The notes under the pieces were generated by a model, which saw only the letters and a list, made by a program, of their open reading frames with translations, did no database searches and had not been told where the DNA came from. This document shows positions 13,172-23,202 of a stretch of 64,000 bases of DNA, piece by piece; position 1 is the stretch's first letter; every line of letters begins with the position of its first letter. The DNA is from Mobula hypostoma (lineage: Eukaryota), in assembly GCF_963921235.1 (NCBI RefSeq), contig NC_086107.1:112470001-112534000 (forward strand), written 5' to 3'. A program made the position numbers and the translations under genes.

Positions 13172-13765
13172 CTCATTTTGAGAGGACTAGAATACAAAAG
13201 CAAGGATGTAATGCTGAGTCTTTTTAAGGCTCTAGTCAGACCACACAGAGTATTGTGAGAAGATTAGGACTCATCTAATATAGGATGCGCTGACATTGGA
13301 GAGGGTCCAGAGGTTCACGAGAATGATTCCGGGAATGAAAGGGTTAAGGTATGTGGAGCATTTGTTAGCTCTAGGATGTAGTCACTGGAGTTTAGAACAA
13401 TGGAGGAGGTGGGGGGGGGGGAATCTCATTCAAACCTAACGAATATTGAAAGTACCAGATAGAGCGGATGCGGAGGGGATGTTTTCTATAGTGGGGGAGT
13501 CCAGAACCAGGGAACACAGTCTCACAATAGAAGAATATCCACTTAAGACAGAGATGAGGAGGAACTTATTTAGCCAGAGGATGGTAAACCTTTGGAATTC
13601 ATTGCCACGGATGACTATGGAGCCCAAGTCATTGGGTGTATTTAAACCGGAGGTTGATGGGGCATCAAAGGTCACGGGCCAAAGGCAGGAGAATGGGGTT
13701 GAGAGGGATAATAAATCAGCCATGATGGAGACTCAATGGGCCAAGTGGCCTAATTCTTATGCACT
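13172..13765 (+). mobile_element. Old CR1-type LINE 3' fragment
   Basis: ORF 13446-13769 has TEMRRNLFSQRMVNLWNSLP. Confidence 0.8.
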
Positions 13766-15029
13766 GTAAGCACATTCCTGGCAACCTACAATAAGCTTTA
13801 ACGCCCCTGCTTGGCAAGTATTTATTAACCCCTGCCTTAAAACATTGAAAGACAGCATCCAAGCCCCTTAAGGGTCGGGTGTTCCAAAGATTTGTAGATC
13901 CTCAAGAGAAAGATTATTCACCTCATTTCTGCCTTAAGTAGGCAATCCCTTCTACTTCACATTTACACTTGTGAGACAGAGTTAAAAACCGTAATCATAG
14001 CAATAAGATAGCCAATAATAATTCTGATGCAGGCTTCCATAGCCCGGAGAGTGGGCAACATGTGGAACATTCTCCTACACTGAGGCTTATCGCAGAAATC
14101 TATTTAAGAGATAGCTAGATACACATCTGCTGGAGGAAGAAATGGGGAAGGTTTGGCGATGGAGGTGAGATTGGGGGGGGAGCAGGAGAAGGCTCACTTG
14201 GAACATAAACAGCAGGCAAACCAGATGGGCCGAATGTGCTGTAAAAACTCTGCAATTGGTCAAAGTTTCGTTTCTGAATATTTTATTTTCCTTCTCAAAG
14301 TTCACTTGGCTTTGAGGTGTGGTGGCTAGCACAGTAACATAGGGGGTTCAATTCCTGTCACTGTCTGGAAGTTCTCCCCCATGACTGCCTCGGTTTCCTC
14401 CAGGTGCTCCGGTTTCCTCCCACATTCCTAACAAGTACAGGTTATTAAGTTACAGGCATGCTATTTTGGCGCCGGAAGCCTGGCGACACCCGCGGGTTGA
14501 CCCCAGCACGTCCTCAGACTGTGATGGTTGTTGGCACAAAATGACGCCTTTCACCGAACGTCTCAATGTTCTGATGTATATATAATCGAATAAAGCTAAT
14601 CTTTAAAGTGGGGTGTATTTGGGTGGGAGTAGGAGACCCCTGTGGAACTCTCTGAGTGCCTTACCTACCTATCCATGTTGCGCATAGTGGTTAGCGCGAG
14701 GCTATCGCACCTCGGAGTGCTGGAGTTCAGAGTTCAATTCCATCGTCCTCTGTGGGGAGTCTATATATCCTCCCTGTGGAATGCGTGGGTTTCTCTGCGT
14801 TCTCCAGTTTCCTCCCTCAGTCCAAAGGTGTACTGTTTGGTGAGTTAATTGGTCAATGTAAATTGTCCCGTGACTGGGCTACATTTAAATCAGGGAATTG
14901 CTGGGCGGTGTGGCTTGAAGGGCCAGGAGGGCCATTTCTGGGCGGTATCTCTATAAATTAATTAATAAATAAATATCCTGGGAAAATATCTCACCAAAGA
15001 TGGGAAGAAAAGTGGGATAACTAGATTTA

Positions 15030-15612
15030 CTTAGAACATAGAAGAATATGGCACAGGAACAGGTTCTTCAGCCCACAATGTTGTGCTGAAACAGCTAAAA
15101 ACCCCCAAACTAATCCCTCCTACCTACACAATGTCCACATCCCTCCATCCTTCTCACATCCATGTGTCTATATAAGCATCCTTTAAAAGCCTCCAGTGTA
15201 TTTTCCTCTACCACCATGCAAGGCATCCACCACTCTCTGAGTAAAACACTTACCCCTCACATCCCCTTTGAACCCACCCTCTCTCACCTTCAATGCATGC
15301 CCTCTGGTATTAGACATTTCTACCTCAGGAAAATAATACTCTCTGTCCACTCTATCTATGCCTCTCAAAATGTTATAAACCTCTATCGGATCTCATCTGC
15401 CTCCGGCACTCCAGAGAAAACAACCCAAGTATATCCAGCCTCTCATGATAGAACATGCTCTCTAAACTAGGCAGCATCCTGGCGAACCTCTTCTGCACCC
15501 TGTCTGAAGCCTCAACATCCTTCCTAGAGTGGAGGCGACCAGAACTGTGTCCAAATCTGGCCTAACCAGAGTCCTATAAAGTTGCAACACAACCTCTTGA
15601 CTTCTGAACTCA
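15030..15612 (-). mobile_element. Old CR1-type LINE 3' fragment
   Basis: ORF 15183-15368 has TRGHALKV...FTQRVV. Confidence 0.75.
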
Positions 15613-15947
15613 ATGTGATGGGTGGCATAATGCCTTACAGTACAGGTGACCAGGGTTCAATTCCCACCACTGCCTGTAAGGAGTTTGTACGTTCTCCCTG
15701 TGACCACGTGGGTTTCCTCCGGGTGCTCCTACAATCCAAAGACATACCGGTTGGTAGGTGAATTGGTCATTGTAAATGGTCCATTGATTAGGCTAGGGTT
15801 AAATTGAGGGATTGCTGGATGGTGCAACTCAAAGGGCTGGAAGGGCCTATTCCATGCTATATCTCAATAAATAAACATTCTAAAAACTAAATAATTGAAA
15901 GGAAAATGAACTATAAATAACAATTGGAAGTCTACCATTATGATAGG

Positions 15948-16825
15948 TGTTACGAGAATACACATAAAATTAAGATGTTTGCTGGCCTGGGCTAGCATCA
16001 GTGGCATCAGCAGTTGGTCTGCCACCTGCCCTCAGGGGAAGGAGAGATAAGGAACAATGGAGCAGCGTCTGGAGATGTGTAATGAAGGGATGTGGGAGGA
16101 AGAGCTGTCTGGAGCGGCTCCCCCCTTTGAGCCCTGAACTGTTTGAAGTGATGGACAGGCGATACCCCAGCAGGGGGATAAAAAGGGACAGGTTCGCTAA
16201 GACAGACACACACGCCACCCGAGGTAACGAGACCCTGGAAGCGGTGCGCCTCTCACGAGTGGTGAGAAGTACCGGACAACGCCCAGGGTGGAAAGGTACG
16301 ATCAGCGGGAACCCGGTGTGTGTCCGCCCTTGCCTGGGTGCCGGGTTCACTGCAGAGGATCGACCGCATCTGGAGGAGGGGTCACAGTCGGTGACCTCAG
16401 GTGACATCACCAAGGACCCGCCCAAAAGCTGTTTGTGAGCCATCTCGCTGGTCTGTGAGCCATCCCGCTGGTCTGTGAGTGAAGCCGTTCTGAATGATGA
16501 GTTGTTCCTATTCTATCTCTCTCTTCCCCCACGTTGTCCACCGCCATGACAACGATTACTGCGAACTGAACTACAAACTGGACTGAACTTTGAGTCATTT
16601 TGAAATTGGTCATTTACCCCTAGACAACGATAGAGCTTGATTGATGCTGTTATCTTAATTCTGTGCACATGTGTGGTTATCATTGTTGAATTGTTGCATT
16701 TATTATCCTTTCGATTACTGTGTTGCTTGTTTCTTTAATAAAACTTTCTTAGTTCTAGTACTCCAGACTCCAACTGAGTGATCCATTTCTGCTGGTTTGG
16801 CAACCCAGTTACGGGGTACGTAACA
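15948..16825 (+). repeat. 5' LTR (878 bp)
   Basis: Starts TGTTACGAG, ends GTAACA; AATAAA at 16737-16742; direct repeat of 20025-20883. Confidence 0.95.
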
Positions 16826-16829
16826 TAAG

Positions 16830-16855
16830 TGGGGTTCTCGTCCGCGATTTTGAAC
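16830..16855 (+). promoter_or_regulatory. Primer-binding site, tRNA-Pro-like
   Basis: TGGGGTTCTCGTCCGCGATTTTGAAC, 4 nt after the 5' LTR; resembles the tRNA-Pro 3' complement TGGGGGCTCGTCCGGGATTTGAAC. Confidence 0.75.
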
Positions 16856-16924
16856 GCTAAATTTGGGACGGAGTAAATTGATTGGGTTAAAATTCCCGAA
16901 AGAAAGAAAAGACAAACAGCAGAA

Positions 16925-19852
16925 ATGGAGGTTGAGGAATTTATAAAGGCGCCGACCTTGGAGGCATTAGAGGATGCCAGGAAATCGGAATTGATAGCTG
17001 TGGCCAAACGGGTGAATCTTGCTAAGGTGAAGTCGACAATGAGGAGAGAGGAGATACACAGAGCTATTGTAGAGCACTATGTATCTAAAGGTGTGTTTCC
17101 CCAAGGTGAGCTGGGGGTGGTGTCTATTGAAAAACCTGCTGGAGACGCGGTACAGGTACAGCTTGAAAAACTGAGACTCGAGCACGAGTTCCGGGTACGG
17201 CAGTTAGAAAGGCAGGAGAAAGAGAGAGAGTTAGAAAGGCAGGAGAAAGAGAGAGAGTTAGAAAGGCAGGAGAAAGAGAGAGAGTTAGAAAGGCAGGAGA
17301 AAGAGAGAGAGTTAGAAAGGCGGGAGAGAGAGAAAGAGGTAGAAAGGCAAGAGAGAGAAAGACAGTTGGAGAGAGAAGAGAGAGAGAGGGACAGACAGTT
17401 GGAGAGAGAGGAGAAACAGAGGGAAAGGGAATTTGAGCTGGAGAAGTTAAAGATAAGGGCCGAGCAGGGGCTCGTGCCGAACCAAGGTGGAGGGTTCCGG
17501 GCGACCCAGGAGGTTAGGCTGGTTCCCCCATTTGACGATACCGATGTGGATCGGTACTTTCTCCACTTCGAAAAAGTAGCTATAAGTCAGGACTGGCCGA
17601 GGGATAAGTGGGTTGTTTTACTTCAGAGTGTACTGAAAGGGAAAGCCCAACAAGCTTACTCCGCTTTATCCGCGGAAGATGCCCAGAAGTATGAGGTGGT
17701 GAAGGAGGCCATCCTCAGGATTTATGAGTTGGTCCCGGAGGCATACCGGCAGAGGTTCCGGAATGCGAGGAAGCGGTGGGACCGCACGTATTTGGAGTTT
17801 GCTCGTGAGATGCAAACATATTGTGAGCGTTGGTGCGCCTCGAAAGGGGTAGAGGGGGATTATGACAGACTGCTGCAGCTGATTCTGATTGAGCAGTTTA
17901 AAGGTTGTGTCCCTGAGGGTATGAGACCCTACCTCGATGAGAAAGAGGCAGCCACGTTAGCCGCAACTGCTAAGTTAGCGGATGAGTATGCTTTGACGCA
18001 TAAAATGAAGTTTGCCCCGAGTAAAGGCTACCAGAAGGGTAGTCAGGACGGCGGGGAGAGTCCGCCGGAAAAGTCAGAAAGTAAGCCGGGGACTAGTGAA
18101 AAGGATAAGGTAGACCGGGAGCAGCCTGGTAGGAAGTCTCCTGGGGTCGTCTGTTATAATTGTGGGAAAGTCGGACACTTTGCGTCCAGGTGCTTTGCCC
18201 CAAGAAAGGAGACGGGGAAAGGAAAAGCGGAAATTTTGAATGGCTGTATTGAGCTGTTAAGCGAACCGCTAGGGAAGGACAGGTCTGAAAAAGTCCAGGA
18301 AGGGCGCGAGAGGTTTATCTTGGCCGGATTGGTGTCAGTGAAGGAGGGGTTAAAACCAGTTCCAGTGCGGATCTGGAGAGACACGGGAGCGTGTCAGTCA
18401 CTAATACTGAAGAGTGTATTAGAGTTTAGCTCAGAGACCCAGACTGGGGAGGTAGAGGTCAAAGGTGTTGGGGAAGGGACAGAGTCAGTCCCTTTGCACC
18501 AGATACATTTACAGAGCAACCTGGTCTCTGGACTAGTCACGATTGGGGTGAGGTCCGAATTACCGATGAAAGACGTGGAAGTCTTGCTCGGTAATGACAT
18601 CGCCGGAGGGATCGTGTTCCCAGTCGTGAGATTGACGGGTCAGCCTGCCAGCATGGAGGCCCCGCCCGCGATGGTGAATTTGGCTGAAACATTTCTGCCA
18701 ACCTTGTATGAGACAGGGTGTAGTGAGATAAGAGGTAGTGAGGGAGCTGGGACGGACGTAGCAGTAGCCAGGAAAGAATTTGTGCAGACGCAGGAGCGAG
18801 ACGAGGGGCTGATGGTTTTTGCCGAGACCGCTCTCTCTGACACAGCCTTGACAAGCTATTGTGCGGATGAGGAAGTGCTAAGGAAGAAAGGGAAATCAAG
18901 TACAGCATCCGCAGATGAGGAGTGGGGGGTGGTGCAAAAGAGTTACGGGGATGAGGTTTTTAACATGGCCCACGAGGTACCCCCCGGTGGACATTTTGCG
19001 GTGCTGGGGGAAACAGTTGGTGGAATCATGAAAGAGATTTACCGGCTGCCCAGGGGGAAGAATGTTATTGATCATGACCGACGCGAACTGAGACGGTCAC
19101 CGGCTTTTGATATGCTAACAAACCTAGTCGGTGTTAGCGTGGAAATCAATGAAGCTAGGGGCCCCCTGCTAAGAGGAAAAAACCATTTTGAAAAGATTAG
19201 GATGGGATCGGTCAGATGGGAGAAGGCTATTCTTTTGGCCAGGTCTACTGATAAGGTCTCTCCCTTAATCCCCGAAGGAGTAATTAAACGACTCGCACCT
19301 ATGTGTTTGATTGTCCCGAGGAAATGCAAAGAACTGGGACGTTGGGTGATTGTGGTTACAATAGGGCAGCCAAGCAAACAACACCCATATTTTTCGAGTA
19401 ATTCAGTGACTAAAGGGCTGATGAACACAGAGGTGTGTATTGGCAATTTAATACGGCTGTCTGAAGCCAGCGTGATAGTGAGCCTTGGAAAAAATGAATT
19501 CGGCCACACGAAGGTCACTTACCTGGGAATTGTGGTGACACAGGGGCAGCTGGCAGTGATGCAAGCTACAGTGCAGGCTATCGCTGACCTCCCAACCCCG
19601 ACAGACAAGAGGGCCCTCAGAAGGCTTTTGGAGATGGTGGGGTACTGCAGGAAGTTTTGCAATAACTCTGCGGTCAATACCCGTCCCCCTCCTACTAAGC
19701 CCTTGCGAGGGAAAATTGAGTCGGAATGGGACGACCCTTGTTGTTGTGGTCCGGGACAAAACCAAATGAGAGGTTACATTGGTCGCAATTCATCAGTGTT
19801 TTTGGCCACTATGAAGTTTGCTGAGTTGGAGCCTGGTCTAAGGGATTATTAA
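16925..19852 (+). CDS. Retrotransposon Gag-protease polyprotein (975 aa) with in-frame integrase/RT remnants
   Basis: Coiled-coil repeat; SCAN-like capsid (YFLHFEKVA...YELVPEAYRQRFR...LILIEQF...LADEY); CCHC knuckle CYNCGKVGHFASRC (18152-18193); protease RDTGA (DTG 18380-18388) and LLGND; partial integrase zinc motif AHEVPPGGH (18968-18994); RT C-terminal/thumb remnant VTYLG...LRRLLEMVGYCRKF. No YxDD, RNase H or DDE core seen. Confidence 0.88.
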   Translation: MEVEEFIKAPTLEALEDARKSELIAVAKRVNLAKVKSTMRREEIHRAIVEHYVSKGVFPQGELGVVSIEKPAGDAVQVQLEKLRLEHEFRVRQLERQEKERELERQEKERELERQEKERELERQEKERELERREREKEVERQERERQLEREERERDRQLEREEKQREREFELEKLKIRAEQGLVPNQGGGFRATQEVRLVPPFDDTDVDRYFLHFEKVAISQDWPRDKWVVLLQSVLKGKAQQAYSALSAEDAQKYEVVKEAILRIYELVPEAYRQRFRNARKRWDRTYLEFAREMQTYCERWCASKGVEGDYDRLLQLILIEQFKGCVPEGMRPYLDEKEAATLAATAKLADEYALTHKMKFAPSKGYQKGSQDGGESPPEKSESKPGTSEKDKVDREQPGRKSPGVVCYNCGKVGHFASRCFAPRKETGKGKAEILNGCIELLSEPLGKDRSEKVQEGRERFILAGLVSVKEGLKPVPVRIWRDTGACQSLILKSVLEFSSETQTGEVEVKGVGEGTESVPLHQIHLQSNLVSGLVTIGVRSELPMKDVEVLLGNDIAGGIVFPVVRLTGQPASMEAPPAMVNLAETFLPTLYETGCSEIRGSEGAGTDVAVARKEFVQTQERDEGLMVFAETALSDTALTSYCADEEVLRKKGKSSTASADEEWGVVQKSYGDEVFNMAHEVPPGGHFAVLGETVGGIMKEIYRLPRGKNVIDHDRRELRRSPAFDMLTNLVGVSVEINEARGPLLRGKNHFEKIRMGSVRWEKAILLARSTDKVSPLIPEGVIKRLAPMCLIVPRKCKELGRWVIVVTIGQPSKQHPYFSSNSVTKGLMNTEVCIGNLIRLSEASVIVSLGKNEFGHTKVTYLGIVVTQGQLAVMQATVQAIADLPTPTDKRALRRLLEMVGYCRKFCNNSAVNTRPPPTKPLRGKIESEWDDPCCCGPGQNQMRGYIGRNSSVFLATMKFAELEPGLRDY

Positions 19853-20012
19853 TAACACGTGTAAAAGGAACAGAAAATGTGATGACTGTCTGTCAAGGTG
19901 TTGACAATTTCAAATTCTCTGTATTAGCTAAATAACTGTTAAAGATGTATATTGTGTATGTATCAGATAATGTAGTCATGTTTGTAATTTTTACCTCCCG
20001 GTAAAAATCCTT

Positions 20013-20024
20013 AAAGGGGGGAAG
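20013..20024 (+). promoter_or_regulatory. Polypurine tract
   Basis: AAAGGGGGGAAG directly abuts the 3' LTR. Confidence 0.9.
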
Positions 20025-20883
20025 TGTTACGAGAATACACATAAAATTAAGATGTTTGCTGGCCTGGGCTAGCATCAGTGGCATCAGCAGTTGGTCTGCC
20101 ACCTGCCCTCAGGGGAAGGAGAGATAAGGAACAATGGAGCAGCGTCTGGAGATGTGTAATGAAGGGATGTGGGAGGAAGAGCTGTCTGGAGCGGCTCCCC
20201 CCTTTGAGCCCTGAACTGTTTGAAGTGATGGACAGGCGATACCCCAGCAGGGGGATAAAAAGGGACAGGTTCGCTAAGACAGACACACACGCCACCCGAG
20301 GTAACGAGACCCTGGAAGCGGTGCGCCTCTCACGAGTCGGTGGGAAGTACCAGACAACGGCCAGGGTGGAAAGGTACGATCAGCGGGAACCCGGTGTGTG
20401 TCCGCCCTTGCCTGGGTGCCGGGTTCACTGCAGAGGATCGACCGCATCTGGAGGAGGGGTCACAGTCGGTGACCTCAGGTGACATCACCAAGGACCCGCC
20501 CAAAAGCTGTTTGTGAGCCATCTCGCTGGTCTGTGAGTGAAGCCGTTCTGAATGATGAGTTGTTCCTATTCTATCTCTCTCTTCCCCCACGTTGTCCACC
20601 GCCATGGCAACGATTACTGCGAACTGAACTACAAACTGGACTGAACTTTGAGTCATTTTGAAATTGGTCATTTACCCCTAGACAACGATAGAGCTTGATT
20701 GATTCTGTTATCTTAATTCTGTGCACATGTGTGGTTATCATTGTTGAATTGTTGCATTTATTATCCTTTCGATTACTGTGTTGCTTGTTTCTTTAATAAA
20801 ACTTTCTTAGTTCTAGTACTCCAGACTCCAACTGAGTGATCCATTTCTGCTGGTTTGGCAACCCAGTTACAGGGTACGTGACA
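20025..20883 (+). repeat. 3' LTR (859 bp)
   Basis: Starts TGTTACGAG, ends GTGACA; AATAAA at 20795-20800; differs from the 5' LTR by about 7 substitutions, a 1-nt indel and a 20-nt indel (counted by eye). Confidence 0.95.
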
Positions 20884-22289
20884 TAGGCATTGTAGAAAAG
20901 CAATATATTTTTAAAAAGCAACCCGGGGCATGCAAGAACACTGTGTGGTCAATTTAGTATCTCTGGGAAGAGCTCACAGTTGTAAAGTAGGAAACACAGA
21001 AATCAAACTGTGCAAGATCCCATAATCAGCCACCCAATGATACCCAGGGTTTCTAGGGATTTCTCATGGTCCTTTCTTTTTAGTTATTTTGTTGGAGGCT
21101 CCTGATTCCCTGCTGTTTGAAATGGTCCCTTGGGATCTTTTCTATCCATCCGAGAAGAGGATCCAAACGGTAGTTGGTAGAGTAGGGAGAGATTATTGAG
21201 GGGAGAGAGGGTGCATCAGCTCACGGAGGGTAGGGAGGATGGTTTTGGAAAGAGGTTGGCATTGAAGACAACATATTGGTGATTGGCTTACAGTTGTCTC
21301 ACGTACTGAGATACAGTGAGAAGCTTCACTTACGTGCCATCCAGATACATCATTCCAAACATCAAGGCGGTACAAAGTGAAGAGCGATAAGAGAATACTA
21401 AACATAGTGTCACAGTTACAGAGAATGGTAGACAAAGAAGGTGAAAAAGCCCTGACAAGGTCGATTGAGAAATCAAAAGTTTGTCTTTATTTTATGAGTT
21501 GTCTTCAAGAATCTTATAATAGTGGTTAGCACAATGATTTACAATACAGGTGACAGGTGACCTGAGTTCAATTCCCACCACTGCCTGTAAGGAGTTTGTA
21601 CGTTCTCCCCATTAATTACCCCGAGTATGTGGGTGAGTGGTAGGACCAGGGGGTAGTTGAAACATGGAAGCAATAAAGGATCAGTTCGGGATGAGAATAA
21701 ATGAGAGCTCGATGAGCCAAGGGCCTGTTCCCATGCTCTATGTTTGCAGGCTGCTGAATGCATTATCAAGGAAGTACAGTACCAAATAATTCCAGCTCAT
21801 TCGCATCCTGACACTCGGAATTCTGAAGTGGGAATTCTGGGCTATTTATATCACCACTCAGAATCCAAGTGTAACATCCAATGGGCAGGATCGGAACAGG
21901 TATCTTGGTAAGCGACTCAGTGGTTAAATTAACAGATCAGAAACCCAGCTGTCAGGGCTCTGTAAGGAACTCGGTTCAAAACCAGCTAATAATCTAGAAT
22001 TCACAAAATCATTGACAATACTAATGCCGATCATTGTAAAATTCGTTCCAGGTTGGGTGAGACTAGAACTGCAGGTCATAGGTTTAGGGTGCAAGGTCAG
22101 ATATTTAAGGGGAACCTGAAGGGGGACTTTTTTCATTCGGAGGGTGGTGCGAGTGTGGAATGAGCTGGCAATAGAAGTGGTAGTTAGGAGTTTGACCGCG
22201 TGGGTTTCCTCCCACAGTCCAAAGATGTTCTGGTTAGTAGGTTAATTGGCCACTGTAAATTGTCCAGTGATTAGGCTGGTGTTAAGTAG

Positions 22290-22683
22290 GTGGCCGCCAA
22301 CAGGACCACACTCTTGTCATGGTTTGGAGGCTTGCTTGCATCAGTGACCCGGAGAGCTATGTTGGCTGGATCCAGGGCTTGATGCTTTGGCTCTTGTTGG
22401 GGTCACCCATGCCAAACAGGTCAAAGGTTAGAGGCCGGACTAATAGTGGCCCACCGGTCCTTCAGGTTCAGGGGGTTCAGCCCAGGACCAACAACCCTGA
22501 CTGGTAAAACAAAATTGTTACAGAAACAGCAATGAAGAATCCTTCTACATGTGACAGTATTCCTTATTCTCCACCTGGACAGTACTGAAAACCGAGAGGA
22601 AGCTACAGACTACAGAGGAAGCCCTGAACACCGCCACAGATGGAGGACCCTAAACACCAGAGGCGTAACGGGCAGTAAGCAAG
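22290..22683 (+). mobile_element. Bipartite RTE-derived element (5' UTR joined to 3' end); second copy at about 46080-46510(-)
   Basis: RTE/BovB-like 5' UTR (CCACACTCTTGTCATGG...GGCTTGC...GAGAGCTAT...GGGTCACCCA) and end ...ACGGGCAGTAAG. Confidence 0.6.
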
Positions 22684-23202
22684 CGAATAGCGGGGTAGTG
22701 GGGCAGCTCGGCTCTGTTCTGCACTCTACTCTATCTCTAAATAAGTAAATGTGGGCTCAGTTGTAAACTTCAAGAAAAGTTTGGATAAGTACATGGATGA
22801 CAGAGGTAAGGAAGGCTATGGTCTGACTACAGGTAGATGGCACTAGGCAGAAGACCAGGTCAGCATGGACCCGATGGGCGAAAGAGCCTGCTTCTATCCA
22901 GGACTGTATGAATTCATCACTCTGATGTCCTTCAGGAAAGGAAATCTGCTCACCTTAGCTGACCTGACCTGTTATAAGTTGGTACCTATCACATAATCAA
23001 GGACCCCTCCCACAATAGCCAACCTCTTTCTCCCTTCTCCTATTGGGCAGAAGATACAAAAACGTTTTTAAAAATCACATCACTAGGCTCAAGGACAGCC
23101 TCTGCTATAAGACTTTTGAACAGACCTCTGTACGATGAACTCCTGACTTCACTATCTACTTCGTCAAGGTCCTTGCATCTTGTTGTCTACTCGCACTGCA
23201 CA

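Larger units (their letters stand above)
15948..20883 (+). mobile_element. Gmr1-like Ty3/Gypsy LTR retrotransposon, complete ends, internally deleted pol (non-autonomous)
   Basis: Two near-identical LTRs with TG...CA ends; 4-bp TSD TAGG at 15944-15947 and 20884-20887; PBS and PPT present; gag-pro ORF with SCAN-like capsid region; integrase remnant lies upstream of RT remnant (Gmr1 domain order). Confidence 0.93.

Noticed and set aside
15970..16613. ORFs of 68-157 aa inside the LTRs (also 20047-20671)
   Set aside because: No recognisable domain, and frames differ between the two LTRs because of indels.
17204..17340. Regular repeats as a CRISPR-like array
   Set aside because: Contiguous coding tandem repeat without spacers, in eukaryotic context.
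16925..18200. Host SCAN/zinc-finger or domesticated gag gene
   Set aside because: Flanked by near-identical LTRs with PBS, PPT and TSD, so it is a recent retrotransposon insertion.
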